From Candidatus Bathyarchaeia archaeon (lineage in GTDB: Archaea; Thermoproteota; Bathyarchaeia; Bathyarchaeales; Bathycorpusculaceae): a stretch of DNA of 64,000 bases. The DNA lies in contig JBEKKK010000001.1 of the NCBI GenBank assembly GCA_050010755.1, positions 1,312,001 to 1,376,000 on the forward strand, read 5' to 3'. The notes beneath the pieces were generated by a model that saw only the letters and a list, made by a program, of their open reading frames with translations, searched no databases and had not been told where the DNA came from. The translations under genes were made by a program, and so were the position numbers. Shown here in pieces: positions 1-9,865 of this stretch; positions within the stretch are counted from its first letter, which is position 1; each line of letters begins with the position of its first letter.

Positions 1-142
1 AAACAATAGGAGATAAAAAGAAACCCCGCGCGTGTTCGACTTTAGTGATTCTAGACATAGTGTTTATAAGAAGCGATGCGAACTGTGGACGAAGCGTGTA
101 AGAAGCAATTTTTGCACAGCGACATAGAAGGAGTTGAGAGAG

Positions 143-292
143 TTGACGTATGAGAGAAAAGAGATGCACAAGGCAGTTTGCGCTGAATGCGGAAAGGAAT
201 GCGAAGTACCATTCAAGCCCGATGGCAGCAGACCCGTATACTGCCGAGAGTGTTACGCGAAAAGAGCACCGCCACGAAGAAATCGATTTTAG
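143..292 (+). CDS. Small CxxC-x17-CxxC zinc-ribbon protein (not in ORF track)
   Basis: Manual translation (MTYERKE)MHKAVCAECGKECEVPFKPDGSRPVYCRECYAKR...; GGAG upstream; alternative ATG at 164. Confidence 0.85.
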   Translation: MTYERKEMHKAVCAECGKECEVPFKPDGSRPVYCRECYAKRAPPRRNRF

Positions 293-535
293 ATTAAGCC
301 AAGTGCTCTAATCTGAGATTGGTTTTCCAGTTTCTTTATTCTTTTTTAGCGCGCGCCGATGTTGATGGGAAAGATGGTGCGGACTGATTTTCTGTAATAT
401 AATATGAGGAAGAGCAGAGGAGCAACACCGCTATTTCTTAGTCTCATTTTGGAACTAAAAGTCTTGATGGCACAATAGATCATGGCCAAATGGTGGCTCG
501 AGCCTCACAAACATTGCGCGCTAGCGCGGTAGTAG

Positions 536-667
536 GAATTTGAAGAAGACGACAAATATTGCACTGCTACAGTTGGCTACATTGAAGATGCTGGAAAACT
601 GCTAGAAGCGGGATTTGAATACGTTTGCGACCATGGAAGTATTCTGCTATTCAGAAAAAGGAAGTGA
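536..667 (+). pseudogene. Startless C-terminal fragment resembling archaeal tyrosine integrase tails
   Basis: EFEEDDKYCTATVGYIEDAGKLLEAGFEYVCDHGSILLFRKRK*, preceded by in-frame TAG; the GFEYV...FRKRK tail is recalled from TACK integrases. Confidence 0.6.
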
Positions 668-795
668 AATAAAGCCTTACCCCAAACGCACGCTCTGGGT
701 TCTGGTCCATCGTCGGGTTATTAGTCTTCGTGGTGCCGGTGGGTGATGATTTGATTTCTTGCGGTATTGTTTCTTGAGGTTCTGTGGAGTCTGCG

Positions 796-1467
796 TCAGA
801 TGGTTTTCTCTGAAATTTCGTCTGATGGTTTCAGATAGGAAGATGGTTTGGAGCCATATTGGCAAAGGCTGGATAGTCTTCGCTGTAGCTCTTGGATACG
901 TTCTTTCATAGTCATGACAGGCATTTTGACTCCGAGTGCCTCCCAAGTGTGGGAAGCGTCACCTAGATTTCCATTGACAAGTTTGGTCAAACAACTGATA
1001 GCGGCTTCCTCATTTCCTGTTAGAGATATTGCTCTGATATCGGCAGCTATTTCTTGCTCTTTAGCGATGGCAGGCAAAGGGAGAGGGATGTTGAATAGAT
1101 AGAAAAACGTTTTTGCCCCATTTAGAATGGCGTGAGTATCGCTTTTGCAGTTTCTTATGAGTGCATCGATGAATCCATCACTGGCACGAGGTACAACATG
1201 ATTAAGATAGATGTGGGAAGTTTCATGTGCCAATATGAACTTTTGTTCATCGTAGGTTAGAGTTTTGTTCAAATAATCCTTGTTTACGGACACGTTTCCG
1301 AAGGCTACGTTGACTTTCTTATTCACGACAGGAATCGTGTCGTTAATATATAGTCCAATAGCCTTTGCTATGTCGTCCCGACAATTAGTGACAATAATAA
1401 CTCGTAGGTCAACATTCAAAGACTCTAAAAACTGATTGACTTCAATTTGCATTTCTTGTATCTGCAT
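796..1467 (-). CDS. M48-like zinc metallopeptidase
   Basis: HExxH (AHETSH) plus downstream QEIAAD motif. Confidence 0.75.
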   Translation of the reverse strand: MQIQEMQIEVNQFLESLNVDLRVIIVTNCRDDIAKAIGLYINDTIPVVNKKVNVAFGNVSVNKDYLNKTLTYDEQKFILAHETSHIYLNHVVPRASDGFIDALIRNCKSDTHAILNGAKTFFYLFNIPLPLPAIAKEQEIAADIRAISLTGNEEAAISCLTKLVNGNLGDASHTWEALGVKMPVMTMKERIQELQRRLSSLCQYGSKPSSYLKPSDEISEKTI

Positions 1468-1977
1468 TGAGACCTCTGGTAGTTACATTGTAAACTTGAT
1501 AAACCTTCTGATGGATCAGCTTCTAGCTCATTATCGCCCGCGCTTGACTTCACCAAAAACCTTGGATTCAAGGAAGACAATGTCACAAGACTAGGTCTAA
1601 AACTAAAATGGTAGCGCGCGCTTCTCTTTTCGGCATTAGCTAGAAGCGCGCCCATTAATCGCCTATAGCAGCATAAAGAGGGTTCGTCCTTGGGTAGCGA
1701 GCTTTAACTCAACGGTTTCTCATAGGACTTAGCTGGTGAAAGTCGAAATGATCATGGCGTCTATGATGACATCACGTCAGTATGAAGGGATTTAAGTTTG
1801 GTCCTTTTTTCCCAGGATGATTTGACATTAAGTTGATTCTGAGGCGCCACAACACTATCTTCCAAAGTAGGCTTACAATGAGCTTGTAGAGCAACTGAAA
1901 GAAGAGAAAAAACTCGGCGAAGGAATAAAGAGAAATTTGGAGAGTATTGGATGTAGCGTCTGAGGAAGAGAGCGCGC

Positions 1978-2328
1978 GTGTTTAACTTTGCGTCAGATAG
2001 CTTTTGCTCTCAACTTTCGTCTGATGGAAGCACAAAACTCTTATCATACCAACAGCTTCACGGGGGGGGTTGCTGGAAGCGATTAATCACGGATAACGAA
2101 TCTTTCTTGTGCCCAAAATGCAATAAAAAGACGTTTTCTGTTGGAAACGCAGATTCTATATGGCAAGAAGGAATATCGAATCCAGAATTGATAGATTTGA
2201 TAAAGAACCTAATGGCTGAGGGAAAAATGAAGGAATATCGCTTCTGGCGATGCAAACATTGCAACATCTACTATCAGACTGATCTGAATGTGAAATTTCT
2301 GAAGCGATTTCCGTTACGAGAACGGTAG
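1978..2328 (+). CDS. Hypothetical Zn-ribbon protein; start uncertain
   Basis: CPKC and CKHC pairs. Confidence 0.45.
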   Translation: MFNFASDSFCSQLSSDGSTKLLSYQQLHGGGCWKRLITDNESFLCPKCNKKTFSVGNADSIWQEGISNPELIDLIKNLMAEGKMKEYRFWRCKHCNIYYQTDLNVKFLKRFPLRER

Positions 2329-2545
2329 TGCGCGCTCTCGTAGAAATGTTTGGTGCGCTTGCTTTGGGGGTAATGTTTTGTCGCGCGCACTTATGCTTTT
2401 GTTTTTGACTAATTAATCGCACTTTTGGGCACATACGTTTATATGTCATGTTGAGTGTGTTAGGTACAAGAAAAGTTTGCCGTTGGCTCGTAACAGTTTT
2501 TATGTGTACTGGAAATGGCTTGCTTTTTTTATCAGGCACGAGAAT

Positions 2546-2845
2546 ATGAATAGGATGACAAAGATGCTTATTGGAAACCGTAACAAGTTGCAGATAATGG
2601 CAGAGATTCTAGGGAAGTTGCGGGAACCAACCAGTAAAACGAATATTATGTTTCATTGTAACATGAACTCCATGCAGTCAGGTCAATATCTAAACCTGAT
2701 GGGATCAAGTGATCTTGTTCGAAAGGATGATCTGGCTGGAAAAGTCACTTATAAGAGAACAGAAACTGGCAGAAAGTTTCTGGAAGCATATAACAGGATG
2801 ATCCTTCTAATTGATCCAAGCATTTCTGCACCCTTTCTAGCCTGA
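2546..2845 (+). CDS. Archaeal winged-helix transcriptional regulator
   Basis: RNKLQIMAEIL...KTNIMFHCNMN...YKRTETGRKFL pattern. Confidence 0.8.
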   Translation: MNRMTKMLIGNRNKLQIMAEILGKLREPTSKTNIMFHCNMNSMQSGQYLNLMGSSDLVRKDDLAGKVTYKRTETGRKFLEAYNRMILLIDPSISAPFLA

Positions 2846-2879
2846 CGATAGAAAAGGAATTGTCCAGATAGAGGTGATA

Positions 2880-3053
2880 TTGTTGCTGAGTATGAAGGAC
2901 GTTAGGAAGTGCAGAAACTCATTAGAACTGAACAATTTCATAGAAAAATACATTGCAGAGAGGAACTCGCCAAACGAGAGTTTCAACAGCACATATTGGA
3001 CTCTGTTCGAAGAGTGGAAAAAAACACTTAAGGATAAACCTTTACGAGCGTAA
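2880..3053 (+). CDS. Small hypothetical protein (57 aa)
   Basis: Open frame after GAGGTGA Shine-Dalgarno; co-oriented with the wHTH gene. Confidence 0.45.
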   Translation: MLLSMKDVRKCRNSLELNNFIEKYIAERNSPNESFNSTYWTLFEEWKKTLKDKPLRA

Positions 3054-3090
3054 AGATAGATCGATTACGCCCGATTACGTTTGACGAGAG

Positions 3091-3145
3091 TGTGAGGTTA
3101 AATGGGATGGTGGAGCATTAACCTTATTAACGATACTGTAAATGC
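3091..3145 (+). repeat. 55-bp imperfect direct repeat, copy 1
   Basis: 49/55 identical to 4740-4794. Confidence 0.9.
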
Positions 3146-3326
3146 GTTTAAAATTGAGCGTGCTTATTGCAAGAGCCACAAGCATTAATTTACTCGAAAC
3201 CCACGAGAGAGTTTTTGCGGATCAAAAATAGTTAATGCAGGGCCAAAAAGAAGCGCTGTGCAGGTTCGTTTGAGCACGACAAAATTAATAAGTGAAGACC
3301 ATTCTCTCCAGAATAGTGGTTCTTGA

Positions 3327-4157
3327 ATGGATCCGGTGACGTTGGGAATAATACTTTTCGTTCTTTTTATCGTGCTGATAATTCTTCTGAGCGGCATTAG
3401 AGTCGTGAAAGAGTGGGAAAGGGCTCCGCTACTCACTTTAGGCAGATACAGGGGACTCAAAGGTCCAGGAATAATTTACGTGCCACCAATCATAAGCCGC
3501 GTGCCTTTTGTAATATCAATGAGGCTGCAGGTGGTCTCATTCAAGACTGAGCAGACTCTCACCAAGGACAACGTGCCCGTGGTTGTGGACGCCGTGATGT
3601 ACTTCCAGCCCGTTGACTTGCAGAAAGTGGTGCTGGGCGCGGAAAGTTTCAGAGATGCCACCAACTTTGCCGCACAGACGACGCTGAGAGAGGTTATCGG
3701 GCAGGCAAGCTTCGATGAAGTGCTTACTGAAAGAGAAAAAGTCGGCTCAATCGCTCGAGGAATAATCGATTCGAAGACAGAGGCTTGGGGAATAAAGGTG
3801 ACGTCGGTTGAAATCAGGGACGTCGCCATTCCTCAAGTGCTCCAAGATGCGATGTCCAGACAAGCACAGGCCGAACGTGAGAGAAGAGCGAGAGTCACAT
3901 TGGCGACAGCGGAATTTGAAGCGGCACAGAAAATGATTGAAGCCGCAAACCTCTACGAAAAAAGCCACGAAGCCTTAAGACTGAGGTGGATGAACATCCT
4001 CTACGAAATTGGACAGCAATCCAAAACAAACACGATTATGCTAGTTCCATCGTCGATGCCAGAAGCAGGATGGCCACCAACCGGCATGTATGGCTTCAAA
4101 GAAATCGCCAAAGACACAAGCAAGAAAGATACTAAGACGGAGAATCAGAAAACCTAG
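3327..4157 (+). CDS. SPFH/band 7 (stomatin-like) membrane protein
   Basis: N-terminal TM; LTKDNVPVVVDAV, AQTTLREVIG, WGIKVTSVEIRDV, RQAQAERERRA. Confidence 0.95.
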   Translation: MDPVTLGIILFVLFIVLIILLSGIRVVKEWERAPLLTLGRYRGLKGPGIIYVPPIISRVPFVISMRLQVVSFKTEQTLTKDNVPVVVDAVMYFQPVDLQKVVLGAESFRDATNFAAQTTLREVIGQASFDEVLTEREKVGSIARGIIDSKTEAWGIKVTSVEIRDVAIPQVLQDAMSRQAQAERERRARVTLATAEFEAAQKMIEAANLYEKSHEALRLRWMNILYEIGQQSKTNTIMLVPSSMPEAGWPPTGMYGFKEIAKDTSKKDTKTENQKT

Positions 4158-4169
4158 CAGGTGCTAATA

Positions 4170-4370
4170 TTAGGGCCGTCTTTGTATGAGTATCCTGTCT
4201 ATTTTTCCTTCTGCTAGTTGTTCCTGCATCTCTTTGACGAAGCTGTAGAATTCGTCTGGAAACATGGCGGCTTCTGTGTTCATGTCGAACGTTTTTGTCT
4301 GGGCCACCGTGTTGGCGTAAAGGCCGTTCTTAATTCCTTCCACACTAACCCGTACCATACCATCATCCAT
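4170..4370 (-). CDS. Small hypothetical protein
   Basis: 66-aa ORF filling the gap; plausible composition. Confidence 0.45.
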   Translation of the reverse strand: MDDGMVRVSVEGIKNGLYANTVAQTKTFDMNTEAAMFPDEFYSFVKEMQEQLAEGKIDRILIQRRP

Positions 4371-4425
4371 GGAAATAAGAAAGGGAGATAGGTTATATGC
4401 ATATCTAACAAGTCAAGGCGTGCTA

Positions 4426-4623
4426 CTATCCTATTATTGATTGTACTCTGCCGACTTTCCCGTCTATCAGTCGTACCTTGATTCCGTGGGGGTGAGTTGA
4501 GCTGTTGGTGAGGATATTCTTGACGACGCCCTCGGTTAATTTGCCGTTGCGTTGGTCCTGCTTCAGGACGATTCTTACGCGGATACCAGGATTGATTTGG
4601 CTCCTCTGCTGATTTGGTTGCAT
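4426..4623 (-). CDS. YwbE/DUF2196 family protein
   Basis: IVLKQDQRNGKLTEGVVKNILTNSSTHPHGIKVRL. Confidence 0.9.
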   Translation of the reverse strand: MQPNQQRSQINPGIRVRIVLKQDQRNGKLTEGVVKNILTNSSTHPHGIKVRLIDGKVGRVQSIIG

Positions 4624-4739
4624 TTCCGATAATAGGTTCTTCGGGGCTTATAGCGTATTCGCACCGCTTATCCAAAACGATGAATCGGTGCCGAGGGCAA
4701 GCACGCGCTTTCCTTTTCTTCTACGACGTCGTCAGAAGT

Positions 4740-4794
4740 TGTGAGGTTAAATGGGACAGTGGAACATTAAACTTATTAACGATACCGTGAATGC
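4740..4794 (+). repeat. 55-bp imperfect direct repeat, copy 2 (contains probable TATA box of the 4809 gene)
   Basis: 49/55 identical to 3091-3145. Confidence 0.9.
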
Positions 4795-4808
4795 ATTACG
4801 CTTAAAGG

Positions 4809-5177
4809 GTGAATCAAAAGGTGTCGATTGCATCAAAGCTGAAGATTGAAAACACGGGCATGTTTCTGACAACCCTTTTCTACGCGATTGTCGGAATAAT
4901 CTTCTTCGTCCTGCTGCCCATAGCCGGTTTCACCCCATACCTAGCCATGATCGGCATATTCAGCCTACTGACCGCCTACGGAGTCTTCAGAAGGAGAACT
5001 TGGGCCATCTGGTTCGTGATAATTCTATTTTTTGGTGCAACCACATTCTCAGCCGTGATGATATACAACATCCTACAAATAGACACTCTCCTCGGCCTAA
5101 GCTCGATAGGCTATCTGATTCTAACATGGGTTTTCACACTGTACGCGGTGTTGAAAAGAAAAGCATTCGAAACCTAG
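4809..5177 (+). CDS. 4-TM hypothetical membrane protein
   Basis: Four hydrophobic segments. Confidence 0.75.
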   Translation: MNQKVSIASKLKIENTGMFLTTLFYAIVGIIFFVLLPIAGFTPYLAMIGIFSLLTAYGVFRRRTWAIWFVIILFFGATTFSAVMIYNILQIDTLLGLSSIGYLILTWVFTLYAVLKRKAFET

Positions 5178-5235
5178 ATTGAACTGGTTGCCGAAGATCC
5201 TCAGAGTGATTTCCTCCAGGCAGCCTGCTGACTGT

Positions 5236-6483
5236 CTAGCAGATTGTTTGATTCTTGAATAGCTTCACTGTGACTGGTTCGCCGGCATCAATGAACTGGA
5301 CGTTCTCAACAATTTCAATGAACCCGTCAGCCCATGCGAGCGTTGTTATTGCACCAGAAAGTGATGTGGGCAAGGGCTCAGCGACGAGTCCTCTTGGTTT
5401 TTTTGTTTTCAGCTTGACCATGATGAAGGTTCTGCGGCCTTTTGCCGGGAACATTCTCATCGATGCGATGGCTTTCACTTCCTGCGGCTTCTCGTTCGTT
5501 CTGCCGCTCATTGCCTGAATCAGCGGACGCGCGAATAGCAGAAAAGTCAGCAGGGCTGAGGTTGGATGGCCAGGGAGCGAGAAAACTGGTTTGCCAGCAA
5601 TAGAAGCCACGGTAGTGGGTTTACCAGGTTTGAGTGCAATCCCATTGATGATTAGGCCTGGCTTTCCAAGAGCATTAACCGTCTTGGGCATTATGTCCTT
5701 TGGACCCACGGAGACCCCTCCAGATGTCACGACCATGTCTGAGCAAGCGAGTGCTCGAACCAGCGCCCCACGGAGTTCATCCGCCTTGTCGGGAAAGACC
5801 CCCAGGTAAACAGGGTTTCCTCCGCTTTCAAGCACCGCCGCGCAGAGGGAGTAGGCGTTTATGTCGTAAATCTTCCCAGGGGGTAGCTCACTGCCCGGTT
5901 CGGCTATCTCCGGTCCAGTTGAAAGAATAGCGATTCTAGGAAGTCGGAAGACCTTGGTCTTCGCCCTCCCCAAGGCTGCCAAGACACCGATTTCCCTTGA
6001 GCCTAACAGTTGACCCTTCCGGAGGATCGTTTCACGTTTCTTGATGTCGGAGCCAGCTTTCATGATGTTCTCGTTCTTTGTCGCGGACTCGAAAACCGTG
6101 ACTTGGTCGCCCTCACGAGTTGTGTGTTCCATCATGACGACTGCGTCCGCGCCTTCGGGTATTGGTGCCCCAGTCACGATTTCAGCGGCTTTGCCCTTTG
6201 TGACCGTGGTTTCAGGAAGCTCTCCGATGTTCACTGTTCCAGAAATGTGCAGCACGACTGGTCTGTTCTCTTCTGCGTCAAACGTATCTTCTGCTTTGAC
6301 GGCGTATCCGTCAACTGTGGATCTATTGAAGGGAGGAATGTCCATGTTGGCAGTTATGTTTTCGGCGAGAACCCGATTAGTGGACTCTAGGAGAGAAATC
6401 TCTTCGACACCTAAAGGTTTAGTCTTAAACTGGCTTTCGATGACCTTTTTCGCCTCATCAAAAGTCAAAAGTTTCCTGAACAT
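5236..6483 (-). CDS. moeA: Molybdopterin molybdenumtransferase MoeA
   Basis: PPFNRSTVDGYAV, TGAPIPEGADAVVM, SGGVSVG, KPGKPT, LPGHP. Confidence 0.95.
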   Translation of the reverse strand: MFRKLLTFDEAKKVIESQFKTKPLGVEEISLLESTNRVLAENITANMDIPPFNRSTVDGYAVKAEDTFDAEENRPVVLHISGTVNIGELPETTVTKGKAAEIVTGAPIPEGADAVVMMEHTTREGDQVTVFESATKNENIMKAGSDIKKRETILRKGQLLGSREIGVLAALGRAKTKVFRLPRIAILSTGPEIAEPGSELPPGKIYDINAYSLCAAVLESGGNPVYLGVFPDKADELRGALVRALACSDMVVTSGGVSVGPKDIMPKTVNALGKPGLIINGIALKPGKPTTVASIAGKPVFSLPGHPTSALLTFLLFARPLIQAMSGRTNEKPQEVKAIASMRMFPAKGRRTFIMVKLKTKKPRGLVAEPLPTSLSGAITTLAWADGFIEIVENVQFIDAGEPVTVKLFKNQTIC

Positions 6484-6488
6484 TTTCC

Positions 6489-7724
6489 TCAGCCTTCCAC
6501 GTTGTCGAACAATTGGACATGGACTTGCTCTTTTTCCTCTAGGCCTTCTCGGTTTTCAGGAACGACGACAAAGCCGTTAGCCTTTGTCATCGTCGAAATC
6601 ATGCCCGAGCCGCGAGCGCTGATAGGCTCCGCCATTAACTCGTCATCACGTGGGAAAACGCGGACGCGAACGAAATTTCTTCTCCCAAGGGCTGTGGCAA
6701 TTCCTCTAGTCATTTTGGCCTTAACCGTGAGCCTGGGTTCAGCTCGTTTCAACCCCATCATTCTGGAAATCAAGGGTCTTGCGAACACTTCAAAGCCTAT
6801 CATCGCAGCAACTGGGTTGCCTGGAAGAATCAAAATCGGCTTTCCTTTGGCTACTGCAAGAGCCGTGGGCATAGCCGGTCGCATTGCCACGCCGTGAACA
6901 ATCACGCCTGGCTTTGCAACTTTGTTGACGGCGTCTGGTACGAAGTCTGATCCTCCGACGCTTGTCCCGCCGGAAGTTATTATTGCATCCGCCTTTTCGA
7001 GTCCGATTCTCAGCCTTTCAGAAATCTCATGAACATTGTCCTTTACTATGCCCATGTCTAAGGGCTCTGCGCCCAAGTCTCTGCAAAGAGCGGAGAGTAC
7101 GAGTTTGTTTGTTTCGAAAATCTGGCTTCCTTCAAGTCTGTTCCCTAACTCTACAAGTTCGTTTCCAGTGGCCAGAACGGCGATTCTTGGCTTGTCGTAC
7201 ACTTTGACCTTGCTGATTCCCAAAGCAGCTATTAGCCCCAGATGCTGCGGCTTCAGGCGAGTCCCGACCATTGTTGCAACATCTCCTTTTCGGACGTCCT
7301 CGCCCTTTTTGGAAACATTTTCGCCCGGTGTCACTTGACTCCAAACATCGACTCTGTCTCTTGCCAACTTGGTGTCTTCAAGCATCACCACCGCGTCTGC
7401 ACCCTCAGGAATCGGGTTTCCAGTCCAGACCTGCTTTGCTCCTCCAACGTCTATTCGATTTTTGTCAGTGAGGTGGAACACTTTGGGTTTGAATTGTGAC
7501 GCTCCCGCTGTTTTTTCGGCGCTAACGGCATATCCGTCGACTGCTGACCTGTTGAATCTAGGCACGTCCATTTCTGCGACGACGTTCTCGGCTAGAACAC
7601 GATTCAAAGCGGAATCCAGAGGAACAGAAACTGTTCTCGGTTGCTTGAACACGACAGCCGCAAGAAACTTCTGCAAAGCCTCATCGACTGGCGTCAGTTT
7701 CTGGAAACCTTTGAGTCGCACCAA
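6489..7724 (-). CDS. moeA: Molybdopterin molybdenumtransferase MoeA (second paralogue)
   Basis: PRFNRSAVDGYAV, TGNEL, SGGTSVG, LPGNP. Confidence 0.95.
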   Translation of the reverse strand: MVRLKGFQKLTPVDEALQKFLAAVVFKQPRTVSVPLDSALNRVLAENVVAEMDVPRFNRSAVDGYAVSAEKTAGASQFKPKVFHLTDKNRIDVGGAKQVWTGNPIPEGADAVVMLEDTKLARDRVDVWSQVTPGENVSKKGEDVRKGDVATMVGTRLKPQHLGLIAALGISKVKVYDKPRIAVLATGNELVELGNRLEGSQIFETNKLVLSALCRDLGAEPLDMGIVKDNVHEISERLRIGLEKADAIITSGGTSVGGSDFVPDAVNKVAKPGVIVHGVAMRPAMPTALAVAKGKPILILPGNPVAAMIGFEVFARPLISRMMGLKRAEPRLTVKAKMTRGIATALGRRNFVRVRVFPRDDELMAEPISARGSGMISTMTKANGFVVVPENREGLEEKEQVHVQLFDNVEG

Positions 7725-7795
7725 AACATGTACCCCAAGACAGCACTGGAGGATTTGATAGAAAAACGTATCGCAACAGGCTCGTTAATCCGGCT

Positions 7796-8656
7796 TCAGC
7801 TCCACTCCTTCTGAAGTATGTCGCGCATTCGCAGGGCGTCTATGTCTAGGATTGGGCTTTCACTTATTATAACGGGTTTCAACCTGAATTCAGATATGAC
7901 CTTTGCCAGCATCTCAAATTCTGGCCCATAACGCGTTTCTTCCAACGTGTGATGACGTTTTTCGCCGTTTTTTGTGAATTCGATTTTCGTAAAGTGGCAG
8001 TGCATATTCTCAACTGCCTCTGTTCCAAGCCTGGTTTCCACTTTTTCCACAACGCGTCGAAAATCATCAACGGTTCGGAACTTGCCTTGGTCTCTTGCGT
8101 GCAAGTGTGACCAATCAATAACCAACTGTGTTTGGTCAAGCGTTTCGCACAATCCCATAATTTCATCTAAACTTCCAAGTTGGAAAAGCCGTCCCATGGT
8201 TTCGGGACCGATCTTGACGTCGCGGATTCCAAGCGACTGGAGGGTTTCAATGGTCTCTCGCAAGGCTCTTAGGCATTTGCTGAAAGCTTGATCGACTGAG
8301 TTTTCGCCGTAGAATCCTGGATGAAAAACGACAACATAGGCGTTCATCCATTCGGCCGCCACAGAGCATGCGATGAGTCGCTGTTTGCTGGCTTCAACAA
8401 TTCGGCTGCTTCCACAAAAGTTTATGAAATATGAACCGTGCAGGCTGAGCCACACATCGTTTTCTTTTGCCGCAAAGCCAAGCTTCTCGGCGTCCTCTTT
8501 CTTTATCTGCGGTTTCTTCCCCCACCGCACCGCCTCATATTCAAAGGCATCAAGACCCTCTTCCTGCAAAAGTTTCGGAACATCTGCCAAAGCCGCCTTC
8601 ATAAATCTGAATGACGGAGGAACCCCAGCAGGACCGAACCGGGGGTGGTCAGCCAT
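7796..8656 (-). CDS. nfo: Endonuclease IV (AP endonuclease 2, TIM barrel)
   Basis: FGPAG, HGSYFIN, HPG, ETMG, DWSHLHAR, HCHF..IE, ISESP. Confidence 0.9.
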   Translation of the reverse strand: MADHPRFGPAGVPPSFRFMKAALADVPKLLQEEGLDAFEYEAVRWGKKPQIKKEDAEKLGFAAKENDVWLSLHGSYFINFCGSSRIVEASKQRLIACSVAAEWMNAYVVVFHPGFYGENSVDQAFSKCLRALRETIETLQSLGIRDVKIGPETMGRLFQLGSLDEIMGLCETLDQTQLVIDWSHLHARDQGKFRTVDDFRRVVEKVETRLGTEAVENMHCHFTKIEFTKNGEKRHHTLEETRYGPEFEMLAKVISEFRLKPVIISESPILDIDALRMRDILQKEWS

Positions 8657-8677
8657 TCGAAACCCCCTTTTTCTCTT

Positions 8678-9478
8678 CTACTTCTTCCTGTATCGATAGC
8701 TTCTGCGCGAATACTGCCCGTACAAAAGAACCAGAAAAACTGAAATCCAAGCCGCAAGGTTCTGGAAGGCCAGGTATTTACCTGCGGAATCAAGGTTCGC
8801 CAAAGGCCCAATCAAACTGCCGAAGGCCGTTCCAACGGCTCTAACGCCAGGAGACAGGGCTACCAGGCCATTGTGTATTCCTGTAGCGATCCAGCCGATG
8901 GGCGACACGGCGTGGGCGAAGCCGCTCAAAGAATTGGCAACTGACACCACGAAGTGGTAAAGCGGAGAGTGGCTTTGGTACGAGCTTGTGATTGCCTGAT
9001 AGATAGCTCCAGGAAAGGTCAATTGAGAGACTATAAGCACCAGAACCGCAAAAGCCAAGAGAACGATCAAGGCACTCTTGATGGTCGCTCTTGCAGAGTA
9101 GATTCTTTGCCTTATGGAGGGAAAACCCTTGTCCTTTGGAGGAGTTGGCTCAGTCTTTTGAACTGGACTCTTGGCTGGTCGACTTTTTTGGGTCGGTGGT
9201 TGCTTAATCTCCGTTCTTCCTATCGGCAGTGTCTGCCTAACTGAAAGCTTCTTCGTCAGGTAGATCCAAGCGAACGAAAGCGTGATGATAACGGCAATTG
9301 GAACCAATTCAAACAGGATGCTGACCCTAATCGTCGCTGGCCAGCTCGTTGTCAATTGACCTACGTCTTTAACGCCTAAATCCATTGCATACAAAACCAC
9401 GAGAACCTCGGCTATCACCGCCACAGCTAAGAATATTATTATTGAAAGTGAGCCCTTCAACGATTTCCAATGGATCAC
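8678..9478 (-). CDS. Hypothetical membrane protein; probable start GTG 9478
   Basis: Several TM segments and a basic/proline-rich loop. Confidence 0.7.
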   Translation of the reverse strand: MIHWKSLKGSLSIIIFLAVAVIAEVLVVLYAMDLGVKDVGQLTTSWPATIRVSILFELVPIAVIITLSFAWIYLTKKLSVRQTLPIGRTEIKQPPTQKSRPAKSPVQKTEPTPPKDKGFPSIRQRIYSARATIKSALIVLLAFAVLVLIVSQLTFPGAIYQAITSSYQSHSPLYHFVVSVANSLSGFAHAVSPIGWIATGIHNGLVALSPGVRAVGTAFGSLIGPLANLDSAGKYLAFQNLAAWISVFLVLLYGQYSRRSYRYRKK

Positions 9479-9865
9479 AGCATGCCCCGTGGGAGGTTGA
9501 GACGTCAAACATTTCACCGTGAGTTTTTTGCCGCTACTAAGTTGAATATTTGCTGAAAATATTAAGGTTCTCATTAAAAAGGGTAACGTTGAGGACTCCG
9601 TGCGATCCTGATTCTTTTCACAGGAATCAAAAGAAGCCATGAAGCCAACTGGGACAATTTTGATGGGAAAGCTAGAGAGAATCTAGAGAAGGAATGCAGA
9701 AAATGCAGGGCCAGAATTAACTTGGTTCTCTGGAAATGTTTAAACGGTTTAAAGAGGAAGTGTTAAGAGATCTTGTAACGATTAGAACTATGTTGGTTTC
9801 GGAGTGAAATAGAAACGACGGCCAAAGCAGAGAGGCAAGAACTCTACAGGGATCGGAACACTCAA

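Noticed and set aside
5236-7724. Tandem moeA as a novelty
   Set aside because: Paired moeA paralogues are common in archaea
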